Below are positions 36,252-45,688 of a stretch of DNA of 64,000 nucleotides, piece by piece. The notes below the pieces were generated by a model, which saw only the letters and a list, made by a program, of their open reading frames with translations, ran no database searches and was not told the origin of the DNA. This DNA is from Parcubacteria group bacterium GW2011_GWB1_42_6 (GTDB taxonomy: Bacteria; Patescibacteriota; Minisyncoccia; Portnoybacterales; GWB1-42-6), in the NCBI GenBank assembly GCA_000997475.1, contig LCEC01000001.1, positions 375-64,374 on the forward strand, read 5' to 3'. The translations under genes were made by a program, and so were the position numbers. Within the stretch, counting starts at the first letter, position 1, and each line of letters starts with the position of its first letter.

Positions 36252-37700
36252 ATGAAACCCCTCCAAAACTTTTTCTCGGCAATATTTACTCAAAAAAAGA
36301 TGTCGCAGACCACCTGGATAGTTTTTGTCATCTCTTTAGCGGCCGCTTTGGCGGTTTTTTTAATTTATCCGAAAGTTTGGAATAATTCCGTTGATTTTAT
36401 AAATGCCTTGAAGAATGAAGTCCCTGGCCTGAAAAGCATTTCCAATATTCCCCAATTTTGGGAAAGGCCATTCCGATTGGGTCTTGATCTGCAGGGCGGA
36501 ATCCATTTGACTTATGAAGCCGACCTTTCCAATATTGAAGAAGAAAATTATTCTCAAGCCATGGCGGGAGTGCGCGACGTGATTGAACGGCGGGTGAATC
36601 TTTTCGGCGTGACAGAGCCCTTGGTGCAGGTTGAAAGCGCCGGCGGACGCCATCGCTTGATTGTGGAGTTGGCCGGCATCGGCAATGTCCATGACGCGAT
36701 TCAAACGATCGGCGAAACTCCGTCTTTGGATTTCAGGGAGGAAAGAGCGCAGGAAGAAACCAAAGAAATTGCGGATCGTTATAATGCTTTATCCGATGAA
36801 GAAAAAGCCGATTTCAAAGAAGATCCTTATTTCAAGCCCACGGCTCTCACCGGAAAATTCTTGAAACAGTCAAATCTGCAATTTGATCCCACGACCAATA
36901 ATCCCCAAATCGGCTTGGAATTCGATGACGAGGGAGCCAAGCTTTTTGAAGAAATAACTTCGCGCAATGTTGGAAAAAGGGTGGCGATTTATTTGGATAA
37001 TTTCGCGATCAGCATTCCCACCGTTCAGGAAGCGATTACGGGAGGCAAAGCCCAAATTTCCGGAGATTTTACTTTAAAAGAAGCAAGGGAACTTGTTGCT
37101 CGGTTGAACGCGGGCGCTTTGCCTGTTCCGATAAATTTGGTCAATCAGCAAAGCATTGGCGCTTCTTTGGGAGAAAAATCTTTAGATCAAAGTTTGTTCG
37201 CGGGGCTGATCGGGATTCTCGCGGTTATGATTTTTATGATCGCTTGGTATCGCTTGCCGGGCGTTATGGCAGTGATCGCTTTGCTTGGCTACACGGCTTT
37301 CGTGCTGGCGATTTTCAAGCTCATTCCCGTAACTCTCACTTTGGCGGGAATCGCCGGATTCGTGCTTTCGGTGGGCATGGCGGTGGACGCCAATATTTTG
37401 ATATTTGAAAGAATGAAAGAAGAATTGCGTTGGGGCAAATCTTTGGGCGGAGCCATTGACGAAGGATTCAAGCGCGCATGGAGCTCGATTCGCGATTCGA
37501 ACGTTTCTTCTCTCATCACTTGCGCCGTGCTTTTTTGGCTGGGAACGAGCATTATCAAAGGATTCGCTTTGACTCTGGCGATCGGAATTCTCGTGAGCAT
37601 GTTTTCGGCGATATTCGTTACGCGAAACCTTTTGAAACTTTTTGTGGGCGAGGGAATGAAAAAACATATGTGGCTGTTTGGAGGAAAAAACAAAGAGTAG
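36252..37700 (+). CDS. secD: Protein translocase subunit SecD
   Basis: GLDLQGG motif and C-terminal 6-TM SecD/SecF domain; probable start MSQTT at 36300. Confidence 0.85.
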   Translation: MKPLQNFFSAIFTQKKMSQTTWIVFVISLAAALAVFLIYPKVWNNSVDFINALKNEVPGLKSISNIPQFWERPFRLGLDLQGGIHLTYEADLSNIEEENYSQAMAGVRDVIERRVNLFGVTEPLVQVESAGGRHRLIVELAGIGNVHDAIQTIGETPSLDFREERAQEETKEIADRYNALSDEEKADFKEDPYFKPTALTGKFLKQSNLQFDPTTNNPQIGLEFDDEGAKLFEEITSRNVGKRVAIYLDNFAISIPTVQEAITGGKAQISGDFTLKEARELVARLNAGALPVPINLVNQQSIGASLGEKSLDQSLFAGLIGILAVMIFMIAWYRLPGVMAVIALLGYTAFVLAIFKLIPVTLTLAGIAGFVLSVGMAVDANILIFERMKEELRWGKSLGGAIDEGFKRAWSSIRDSNVSSLITCAVLFWLGTSIIKGFALTLAIGILVSMFSAIFVTRNLLKLFVGEGMKKHMWLFGGKNKE

Positions 37701-37724
37701 CCGCTAAAACCTAATCGCTAATTT

Positions 37725-38633
37725 ATGATCAATATTGTCGGCAAAAGAAAAATTTATTATTCATTCTCAATTTCATTGGCTGTTTTAAGCTTGATCGCCA
37801 TTTTGGCTTGGGGGCTTAATTTCGGAATCGATTTTACTGGCGGCTCTCTGATGGAAATCGAATTTGCGGGTGAAACGCCGCAAGCGGACGCCATAAAAGA
37901 AAAACTTGCTTCAGTCGGAATTACCGAATCAACGGCGCAGCCGGCGGGAGAAAAAGGTTTTTTGATTCGCTTTAAGGATATTGATGAAGACACCCATCAG
38001 AAAATTTTGGCTTCATTGAATTCGCTTTCGCCGGTTGAAGAAAAAAGTTTTGAATCGGTGGGTCCGGTAATCGGCCAAGAGCTTAAAGACAGAGCTTATT
38101 CGGCGGTTGGCTTGGTTTTGGTTTTGATTTTGGTTTATATCGCTTTTGCTTTCCGCAAGGTTTCGCGGCTTATTACTTCCTGGAAATACGGAGTTGCCGC
38201 TCTTTTGGCTCTTTTTCACGATATTCTTATCCCAACCGGCATATTTGCCGTCTTGGGCCATTTTGCCGGAGCGCAGGCCGATCTTTTGTTTGTTACGGGG
38301 CTTTTAACGATTCTTGGTTTTTCGGTTCACGACACAATCGTGGTTTTTGATCGGATCAGAGAAAATTTGCGAAAAGGCGCGGGAAGTAATTTTGAAGATA
38401 CGGTGAATATTAGCGTCAATCAAACTTTGGCGCGTTCGATCAATACTTCTTTTACCACTTTATTGGCATTGTTCGCAATCTATATCTGGGGAGGGGAAAG
38501 CATCAAGTCTTTTATCCTGCTTTTGATAATGGGAATATTCTTTGGAACCTACTCTTCCATCTTCGTGGCGAGCTCGATTCTTGTCACTTGGGAAAATTGG
38601 CGCCGGAAAAAGCTGGCCAATAAATTTTCTTAA
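37725..38633 (+). CDS. secF: Protein translocase subunit SecF
   Basis: GIDFTGGS motif and SecDF membrane domain. Confidence 0.85.
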   Translation: MINIVGKRKIYYSFSISLAVLSLIAILAWGLNFGIDFTGGSLMEIEFAGETPQADAIKEKLASVGITESTAQPAGEKGFLIRFKDIDEDTHQKILASLNSLSPVEEKSFESVGPVIGQELKDRAYSAVGLVLVLILVYIAFAFRKVSRLITSWKYGVAALLALFHDILIPTGIFAVLGHFAGAQADLLFVTGLLTILGFSVHDTIVVFDRIRENLRKGAGSNFEDTVNISVNQTLARSINTSFTTLLALFAIYIWGGESIKSFILLLIMGIFFGTYSSIFVASSILVTWENWRRKKLANKFS

Positions 38634-38733
38634 ATACCATTTTTACTTGACGTCAATATTGACATATCTTTTTTGATATGATATATTAGGATTATCAATA
38701 ATAATTTGACGGCCGAGAGGGGCCGTTTGAAAT

Positions 38734-39801
38734 ATGATAAATCCAGTCAATTTAATCAGCGAAATGCTGCAAAATATACCTAATCCGCGCACCAAAGAAG
38801 TGATTGCGCGGCGTTTTGGCTTGAAAGACGGCCAAAGGCACACTTTGGAGGCTATCGGGCAGGACTATAAAATCACCCGCGAAAGGGTGCGCCAGATAGA
38901 AGAAAGCGGTTTGGCTGTTTTAAGGCAGGAAAAAATCGCCGCCAAATTCCAACCGGTATTAGATTTATTGGCCGAACATTTGTCCGAATACGGGGATTTC
39001 AAGCGCGAGGATTCTCTTTTTAATGATTTGAACTTTGTTTGCTTTCCTTCAAAGGAGATTGAACGTTTGCGCGAAGAGGATCCGATTGAGCTGAATCGCT
39101 GCCACGCGGCTTTCTATTTGATTATGACTTTGGGACGCAGATTCGAAAGAGTTCCCGAATCCGATCATTTCCATACCGCTTGGGCCGGCAACAAGGAATC
39201 GGTCAAAAAAGCCAAAAAAACCCTTGATTCGGTAGTTAAATATCTGGACGGCAAAAAAACCGTTCTTAAGGATTTTGAATTGGTCGGGGCCGTAAAAAAT
39301 CTTCATCCGGAATTGTCCGACAAAGCCATTTCTTCTTATATTGACGCTTCAAAAAACATTGAAAGAAATCATCTCGGCCAATACGGAATGGCCAAATGGC
39401 CGGAAATCAGCCCCAAGGGCGTCAAGGATAAGGCTTATATAATTCTCAAAAGCGCCGGGCATCCTTTGCATTTCAGCGAAGTGACCAGTCTCATCAACAA
39501 AAGCATTCCTTCCGCCCGTCCGGCCTACATTCAAACCGTGCACAACGAATTGATCAAAGATCCCAGATTCATTCTGGTCGGCCGCGGACTCTACGCTTTG
39601 TCCGAATGGGGCTATCAGCCCGGAACGGTTCTGGAAACCATCAGCGGGATTCTTAAAAAAGAAGGGCCTCTCTCCAAACAGGAAATTCTCAAAAAAGTTT
39701 TGGAAAAAAGAATCGTCAAAGAAAACACGGTTCTCATCAATCTCCAGAATAAAAAGTTTTTTGAGAGAAATCAGGAAGGAAAATACACCATCAAATCTTA
39801 A
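38734..39801 (+). CDS. Protein with N-terminal sigma-70 region-4-like HTH and C-terminal HARE-HTH (RpoE-delta-like) domain
   Basis: RTKEVIARRFGL..TLEAIGQDYKITRERVRQIE (sigma region 4-like); C-terminal ..PLHFSEVTSLI..FILVGRGLYALSEWGY (HARE-HTH signature). Confidence 0.5.
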   Translation: MINPVNLISEMLQNIPNPRTKEVIARRFGLKDGQRHTLEAIGQDYKITRERVRQIEESGLAVLRQEKIAAKFQPVLDLLAEHLSEYGDFKREDSLFNDLNFVCFPSKEIERLREEDPIELNRCHAAFYLIMTLGRRFERVPESDHFHTAWAGNKESVKKAKKTLDSVVKYLDGKKTVLKDFELVGAVKNLHPELSDKAISSYIDASKNIERNHLGQYGMAKWPEISPKGVKDKAYIILKSAGHPLHFSEVTSLINKSIPSARPAYIQTVHNELIKDPRFILVGRGLYALSEWGYQPGTVLETISGILKKEGPLSKQEILKKVLEKRIVKENTVLINLQNKKFFERNQEGKYTIKS

Positions 39802-39919
39802 GAGTTATACCCAACGCCGATATTCAAAATATTGGCGTTGTGTTATTATAAGAGGAGAAGACAACATTTTCTCTTTTTAAAAAAGAAGAATCCGTTGCTT
39901 TTTAATAATATTCAATTTA

Positions 39920-41089
39920 ATGTTGGGGACTTTATTTAGCCTTTACATAAAAGCGATTGTTTTGGTGCTGGATTTGGGCTGGATTTGGATGCCTTTTTTT
40001 CTGGCCGTCGCTTTTTTTGAAAGCTGGATGTATTATATCCGGCGCCGCTATTGGCGAAATCTCAAATGGATAATTTTGGAAGTAAAGCCTCCCAAAGAAG
40101 TTGACCACACCCCCAAAAATATGGAGTTGATTTTCGCCGGACTTTGGGGGTCTTTTGGCACCGTGGGAAACAAACTGGAAAAATACATCAAAGGATTTAT
40201 GCAAGATTATTTCAGTTTTGAAATAGTGGGTTTTAACGGAGAAGTTCATTTTTATTTGAGAGTTTTGGAAAAATTCCGCGATTTGGTCGAGGCGCAGTTT
40301 TATTCGCAATTTCCCCGGGCCGAGATTCGGGAAGTTCCCGATTATGTTTATTCAGTGCCGGCCACCATTCCCGACAAAAACTGGAATCTTTGGGGTTGCC
40401 TTTTGAGCTTGGCCAAAAGCGATGTTTATCCCATCAGGATGCATGGAGATTTTATGGATGAAGGAGAAAGGCCGTATCTTGACCCTTTGTCTTCGGTGGT
40501 TGAAATAATGGGAAAACTGAAGCCAAGCGAACAAGTTTGGATCCAAATGCTTTTTCGGCCGATAAAAGACGATTGGACGAAAAGGAGCGATAAGGAAATT
40601 GATAAGCTGATGGAAAGAAAAGTGGATCCGAAAACAAAAGACACGATCAGTTCCCGATCTTTGCTTTCTCTCTCTCCTTCAACCAAAGAAGCGGTGGAAG
40701 GCATTTCCAAAAAAGGGGACAAAAAAGGATTTCAAACGAAAATCCAATGGGCGTATATCGGCCGCAAGGAAATATTCACTATGGCCAATGTTTCGGCCGT
40801 TATGGGCGCTTTTAACCAATACAGCAATCTTAACGCCAACAGCCTTGTTCCGGACAAAAAGACGATGACTCGCGCCAATTATCTTTTCGCCAAAGTCCGC
40901 AAGGCCTACAAACAGAGAATTTTGATGAGGCTTTTGAGGCAAAGATCGTTTTGGGAAAAAGGTTATGTTTTTAATATCGAGGAATTGGCCACTTTCTACC
41001 ATATGCCCACCGCCATGGTTTCGGCTCCTTCGGTTTCGTTTGTGGAAGCCATCAAAGGCGGCCCGCCGGGAGAACTGCCGCTGGAATAA
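39920..41089 (+). CDS. Hypothetical membrane protein (two N-terminal TM helices plus a soluble domain), putative partner of the downstream ATPase
   Basis: 389-aa ORF upstream of the T4CP-like ATPase. Confidence 0.4.
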   Translation: MLGTLFSLYIKAIVLVLDLGWIWMPFFLAVAFFESWMYYIRRRYWRNLKWIILEVKPPKEVDHTPKNMELIFAGLWGSFGTVGNKLEKYIKGFMQDYFSFEIVGFNGEVHFYLRVLEKFRDLVEAQFYSQFPRAEIREVPDYVYSVPATIPDKNWNLWGCLLSLAKSDVYPIRMHGDFMDEGERPYLDPLSSVVEIMGKLKPSEQVWIQMLFRPIKDDWTKRSDKEIDKLMERKVDPKTKDTISSRSLLSLSPSTKEAVEGISKKGDKKGFQTKIQWAYIGRKEIFTMANVSAVMGAFNQYSNLNANSLVPDKKTMTRANYLFAKVRKAYKQRILMRLLRQRSFWEKGYVFNIEELATFYHMPTAMVSAPSVSFVEAIKGGPPGELPLE

Positions 41090-41107
41090 CTATATAATGC
41101 GAACCTA

Positions 41108-41186
41108 CGAACTTAATGCTAACTATGCGAACTGCGAAATCTGTTAAACCGGATTTATTTTCGCAGTTCGTAGGTTGGCATTAGAT
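41108..41186. repeat. GCGAA-motif palindrome
   Basis: gcgaacctacgaact ... agttcgtaggttggc inverted repeat with internal gcgaa repeats. Confidence 0.6.
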
Positions 41187-41210
41187 TCGCATATTTCGCA
41201 TCATAATTTT

Positions 41211-43043
41211 ATGGAAAACAGTAATATCACTCTCTTTGGCGAAACCGATTTCCGCAATCAAAAGCGGCGTTTTGGCATAAAAGAAGACGATCGCCGCCGC
41301 CATATGTATATCATCGGAAAAACCGGCACCGGCAAAACCACGCTTTTGGAAAATATGGCGATCCAGGACATTCAAAACGGCCATGGCATCGCCATTGTGG
41401 ACCCGCACGGCGAATTTGCGGAGAAGATGCTGGATTTTGTGCCTTCAAGCCGCATTAACGACGTGATCTATTTTAATCCCGCCGATTTGGATTTTCCGAT
41501 CGCTTTTAACGCCATCGAAACGGTGGATGCCGAACACAGGCACTTGGTGGCTTCGGGATTGGTGGGTGTCTTTAAAAAAATCTGGGCCGAAACTTGGGGG
41601 CCCCGCTTAGAGTATTTGCTGCGCAACGCCATTTTGGCTCTTTTGGAATATCCGGGAGCGACTCTCTTGGGAGTTATGCGGCTTTTGGTGGATAAGACAT
41701 ATCGCCAAAAAGTGATGGATAAAGTCACGGATCCCGTGGTTAAGAGTTTCTGGGTGGATGAATTTTCCAAATACAAAGGCAATTTTGAAGTTGAGGCAAT
41801 TGCTCCAATCCAAAACAAAGTCGGGCAATTTTTAACCAATCCTTTGATTCGTAATATTGTGGGTCAAACGAAGTCGTCAATCAATATCCGAGAGATTATG
41901 GATTCGGAGAAAATTTTTATTATGAATCTTTCCAAAGGGAAGATAGGTGAAGATACTTCCAATCTTTTGGGCGCGATGCTGATCACTCGTTTGCAATTGG
42001 CGGCTATGAGCCGCGTGGATATTCCCGAAGACGAAAGAAAGGATTTCTATCTTTATGTCGACGAATTCCAAAACTTCGCCACCGAATCTTTCGCCAATAT
42101 TCTTTCGGAGGCCAGAAAATATCATCTGAGCCTAGTCTTGGCGCATCAATATATCGCCCAAGTCCGCGAAGAAGTGCGCGACGCGGTTTTTGGCAACGTG
42201 GGGACGATGGTTTCTTTCCGCGTGGGAGCGGCCGATGCGGATTTCCTGGAAAAAGAATTCGAGCCCGAATTTACCGTTAACGACATGGTGGGTTTGGGAT
42301 TTGCCCAAATTTATTTAAAATTGATGATCGACGGTTTCTCTTCCCGGCCTTTTTCCGCCAGGACACTTGCGCCGATTCGATCAACCGAATCGAGCAGCAA
42401 AGAAAAAATTGTCAGAGTTTCGAGAGAACGCTATGGCCGTTCCCGCCAGGAAATTGAAGATAAGATTATGCGCTGGAGCGGACTTCTTGGCGGTGAGAAC
42501 GAAGGAGGATCAGCTCATGATTCAATCGGCGGATCGGAAAGAAGCAGCCATGGCGATCCAAATGTTCCGATGTTTAAGGATAAATGTTCCGAATGCGGCA
42601 AGGAAGTGGAAGTGCCTTTTAAGCCGGACGGGGTGCGGCCGGTTTATTGCAAGGATTGTTTGATTAAAACCAGGGAAAAAGGCGCTTCGCCGGGGACTCA
42701 AAAACCGGCTGAAAATTTCGCGCCGCAAAAACACAATAACTTTCCGCAGGATTTTAAAAACGGATCGGAGCCCGTGCTCAAAAGGGTGGGTGAGACGGTT
42801 TCATTAAGAGACGCGTTTAAAACCGGACCGGTTTTCTGTCCGCCCGCGCCAAAAAGACAACACAAGGAAGTTGACTTGCGGGATTTGAGGGAAACGCTCA
42901 AGGAAATAACCGAGGGGCAAAATAGACCTCCGCAAGAACCCGAAATAAAAGAAAAGCCGCATTCTTTCCATGAAGAAAAAAAGCAAGATTCTCCCGTTTT
43001 GCCGAAGAACGAATTGAATCCCGGCGAATCGGTGGATCTCTGA
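41211..43043 (+). CDS. FtsK/HerA-superfamily ATPase resembling type IV secretion coupling proteins (TraD/VirD4/TrwB-like), with C-terminal zinc ribbon
   Basis: Walker A GKTGTGKTT, VDEFQNFAT Walker B region, RKYHLSLVLAHQYIAQV (TraD/TraG C-terminal-like), CSECGKEVEVPF..RPVYCKDC ribbon; no TM segment. Confidence 0.55.
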   Translation: MENSNITLFGETDFRNQKRRFGIKEDDRRRHMYIIGKTGTGKTTLLENMAIQDIQNGHGIAIVDPHGEFAEKMLDFVPSSRINDVIYFNPADLDFPIAFNAIETVDAEHRHLVASGLVGVFKKIWAETWGPRLEYLLRNAILALLEYPGATLLGVMRLLVDKTYRQKVMDKVTDPVVKSFWVDEFSKYKGNFEVEAIAPIQNKVGQFLTNPLIRNIVGQTKSSINIREIMDSEKIFIMNLSKGKIGEDTSNLLGAMLITRLQLAAMSRVDIPEDERKDFYLYVDEFQNFATESFANILSEARKYHLSLVLAHQYIAQVREEVRDAVFGNVGTMVSFRVGAADADFLEKEFEPEFTVNDMVGLGFAQIYLKLMIDGFSSRPFSARTLAPIRSTESSSKEKIVRVSRERYGRSRQEIEDKIMRWSGLLGGENEGGSAHDSIGGSERSSHGDPNVPMFKDKCSECGKEVEVPFKPDGVRPVYCKDCLIKTREKGASPGTQKPAENFAPQKHNNFPQDFKNGSEPVLKRVGETVSLRDAFKTGPVFCPPAPKRQHKEVDLRDLRETLKEITEGQNRPPQEPEIKEKPHSFHEEKKQDSPVLPKNELNPGESVDL

Positions 43044-43044
43044 C

Positions 43045-43078
43045 AAAAAAACCTCCGTTTTTAGCGGAGGTTTTTTTG
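43045..43078. terminator. Bidirectional rho-independent terminator
   Basis: A7, hairpin acctccg/cggaggt, then T7. Confidence 0.7.
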
Positions 43079-43085
43079 TTTTTGA

Positions 43086-43652
43086 TTATTTATTAGCTCT
43101 TTCCGTGTATTCTCCGGTTTGCGTGTTGATCCGGATAACATCTCCTTCTTCAATAAACAGCGGAGCGTTAATCATGGCGCCGGTTTCGATTTTCACGGCT
43201 TTGTTGCCGCCTTGGGCGGTGTTGCCTTTGATAGAAGGAGGAGCTTCGATCACTTTAAATTCCATTTTGATCGGCAAATCGATATTGATAATCTTGCTTT
43301 CAAACATCACGACTTCCACGGAGGAATCGGGTTTGAGGAATCTTTTTTGTTCGCCGATGCTTTCTTCGGGCAATTCAAATCGGACGGACGGATTTTCCAT
43401 TTCGCAAAAAACGAATTTGTCGCGATGGTTGTATAGAAATTTGACTTTTTTGTAATCGATTTCGGCTTCCTTAAAATTGTCGGAATTTTGGAAATTGCGG
43501 TTGAGTACTTTGCCGGTGATGAGATTTTTTATTTTGGTCTGGGCGACCGGCTTGCGCTGCTGCATTCTTAAAAAATCAAATTCCAGCACCTCATAGGGCT
43601 GGCCGTCCAAAATAAAAAGAGTTCCGGGTTTGAGTTCGTTGTAGCTGATCAT
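43086..43652 (-). CDS. efp: Elongation factor P
   Basis: MISYNELKPGTLFILDGQPYEVLEFDF.. three-domain EF-P; the ORF-track N-terminal extension is not credible. Confidence 0.85.
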   Translation of the reverse strand: MISYNELKPGTLFILDGQPYEVLEFDFLRMQQRKPVAQTKIKNLITGKVLNRNFQNSDNFKEAEIDYKKVKFLYNHRDKFVFCEMENPSVRFELPEESIGEQKRFLKPDSSVEVVMFESKIINIDLPIKMEFKVIEAPPSIKGNTAQGGNKAVKIETGAMINAPLFIEEGDVIRINTQTGEYTERANK

Positions 43653-43728
43653 GAGTTTGCGCTCCCCCTCTTCCTTGCGCGCTTCATATTTATAGCATAG
43701 AATGAGGTAAATTACAAACCCCCGCACC

Positions 43729-43868
43729 TAATCGGCATAATTGAATTCTCTTTCTTCTCTGTCATCCCCGCGCAGGCGGGGATCCAGATTAATTCAGAAC
43801 CTGGATTCCCCCCGTAGCTGCGGGGCGGGAATGACAAATATAAAGCCAATGCCGATTAGGTGCGGGGG
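43729..43868. mobile_element. MITE-like element A with 19-bp perfect terminal inverted repeats
   Basis: TIR CCCCCGCACCTAATCGGCA / TGCCGATTAGGTGCGGGGG; internal multi-hairpin core. Confidence 0.6.
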
Positions 43869-43876
43869 CAAATCTC

Positions 43877-44959
43877 ATGAATAAGCCCGTCAAAAAAGTC
43901 ATTATCGCGATGTCGGGAGGAGTGGATTCCTCCGTTTCGGCCGCCTTGCTCAAAAAGCAAGGTTTTGAGGTTGAAGGGGTTTTTATGAAATTTTGGTCGG
44001 AACCGGAATCGAAAGACCCCGAATCGGTTTGCCGGCAAAATTTATGCTGTTCCAAAGAGGCTGAAGAAGCGGCGCGGCAAGTGGCCGAGAAACTGGGCAT
44101 CCCGTTTAAGGTTTTGGATTTCAGCCGCGAATTCAAAAAAGAAGTGGTTGATTATTTTTTGGCCGAACAGAAAAAAGGCCGCACGCCCAATCCTTGCGTC
44201 GTTTGCAATAAGAAAATAAAGTTCGGCCTGCTCTTTGATTACGCGCAAAAAATGAAAGCCGACTTTTTGGCTTCGGGCCATTATGTGGATAAGATTAAAT
44301 CAAAAGGCGTTTTTAAAATTAAAAAAGCCAAAGACCAATCCAAAGATCAGACCTATTTCCTTTACCGCTTGAATCAAAAACAATTAAGCAAATTGATTTT
44401 TCCGGCCGGAGATATCTTGAAAGAAGATATTTATAAAATTGCCAAGAAACTAAAACTGCCTTATTGGCGCGCCGAAAGCTTTGATTTGTGTTTTGCCCGC
44501 TCCGGCGCCGAAAGCTTCGTCAAAAAATATTTAAAGCTGGTTCCGGGAGAAATCAGGAATCTTGATGGCGAAATTTTGGGCCGCCACGAAGGTTTGGCGA
44601 TTTATACGATCGGCCAGCGCAAAAGAATTCCCGTTGCCCAAGGGCCTTGGCGGGTGGTTAAAAAAGATGAGAGAAAAAATATTCTTTTTGTGAGCAACGA
44701 TGAAAAAGATTTGTATTCAAGCGAGCTTAAAATGGCGCGGGTGAATTGGACAAGCGGCCAAGCTCCGGAATTTCCTTTGCGGGCGGACGTAAAGATTCGT
44801 TATAAAAGCAAGCCGGCGCGGGCAATGATTGAACCGATTGATAAATCGGCCAAAAAATTAAAGGTAAAATTTTCAAAACCGCAGTTTGCCGCGACTCCCG
44901 GGCAATCGGCAGTTTTTTATAAAGGCAAGGAATTGTTGGGCGGGGGAGTCATCGAATAG
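43877..44959 (+). CDS. mnmA: tRNA-specific 2-thiouridylase MnmA
   Basis: PP-loop IIAMSGGVDSSVSA and conserved catalytic Cys regions. Confidence 0.85.
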   Translation: MNKPVKKVIIAMSGGVDSSVSAALLKKQGFEVEGVFMKFWSEPESKDPESVCRQNLCCSKEAEEAARQVAEKLGIPFKVLDFSREFKKEVVDYFLAEQKKGRTPNPCVVCNKKIKFGLLFDYAQKMKADFLASGHYVDKIKSKGVFKIKKAKDQSKDQTYFLYRLNQKQLSKLIFPAGDILKEDIYKIAKKLKLPYWRAESFDLCFARSGAESFVKKYLKLVPGEIRNLDGEILGRHEGLAIYTIGQRKRIPVAQGPWRVVKKDERKNILFVSNDEKDLYSSELKMARVNWTSGQAPEFPLRADVKIRYKSKPARAMIEPIDKSAKKLKVKFSKPQFAATPGQSAVFYKGKELLGGGVIE

Positions 44960-45032
44960 CGAATCGCTAATAGCTGATCGCGAATCGGAAAGAAAAAATC
45001 AAAATCGCGAATTTAAAATAATCCAGGCAAAG

Positions 45033-45066
45033 AAAAAAGCCTCCAAATTTTTGGGGCTTTTTAAAA
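45033..45066 (+). terminator. Putative terminator after mnmA
   Basis: Imperfect hairpin aagcc(t)cc/ggggctt followed by a T-run. Confidence 0.4.
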
Positions 45067-45653
45067 TAATCGCGGGAAGGCCGGGGCCCAAAGCGTAATT
45101 TCGGAAATACCCGATTTTGACAGCTAAGCCGCTGTCTTGTCAGCCAATCCGTAACGGAAAGGCAAGCTTTGGGGATTGGGTTTGTGCCGTCCACGGTTTA
45201 TGTTTTTACTCGCTCTATTTTTGGATAGAGTCTCCGGTTGCTTCCCGCGACAGGAAGAACTTTCTTGCATCATGCCTCTGGCAAGGAATGATTTTTTGAT
45301 ATTAGCAAAATAATTTTTATTTGTCAATAAAAAAAACAAGGCTCTCGTTTTGTGAGAGCCTTGGTGCAGAAAGAAGTTTGTCTGGAAAAATTGCTTGCTC
45401 TGACGCATATAATGGGAGGGATAAGGAAAAAGAGAAATAATGAAGATAAGCGCTGATGAATCAGACAAACTCCTTTTTATAAAGAACTGATTGAAAGGGA
45501 AATCGGTATGGAACCGGGAAATTAAGGCTGCGCTCTTTCCCTTTCAATTATATTTTATGCTTTTTTAAAATTTTGTAAATAGAATTATCCACAGGCAATA
45601 TTCTTTTGCGAATTTTTTTTAAAATATAATTATTATAAATATTTTGCCATCTC

Positions 45654-45682
45654 TTGACAAGGTGATCAATAGGGAGTATACT
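45654..45682 (+). promoter_or_regulatory. Near-consensus sigma70 promoter
   Basis: TTGACA, 17-nt spacer, TATACT. Confidence 0.55.
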
Positions 45683-45688
45683 GGAACC

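Noticed and set aside
45124-45468. 114-aa minus-strand ORF in the non-coding region after mnmA
   Set aside because: It spans terminator-like hairpins, its product is basic and low-complexity, and it has no RBS. It probably lies in structured non-coding sequence.
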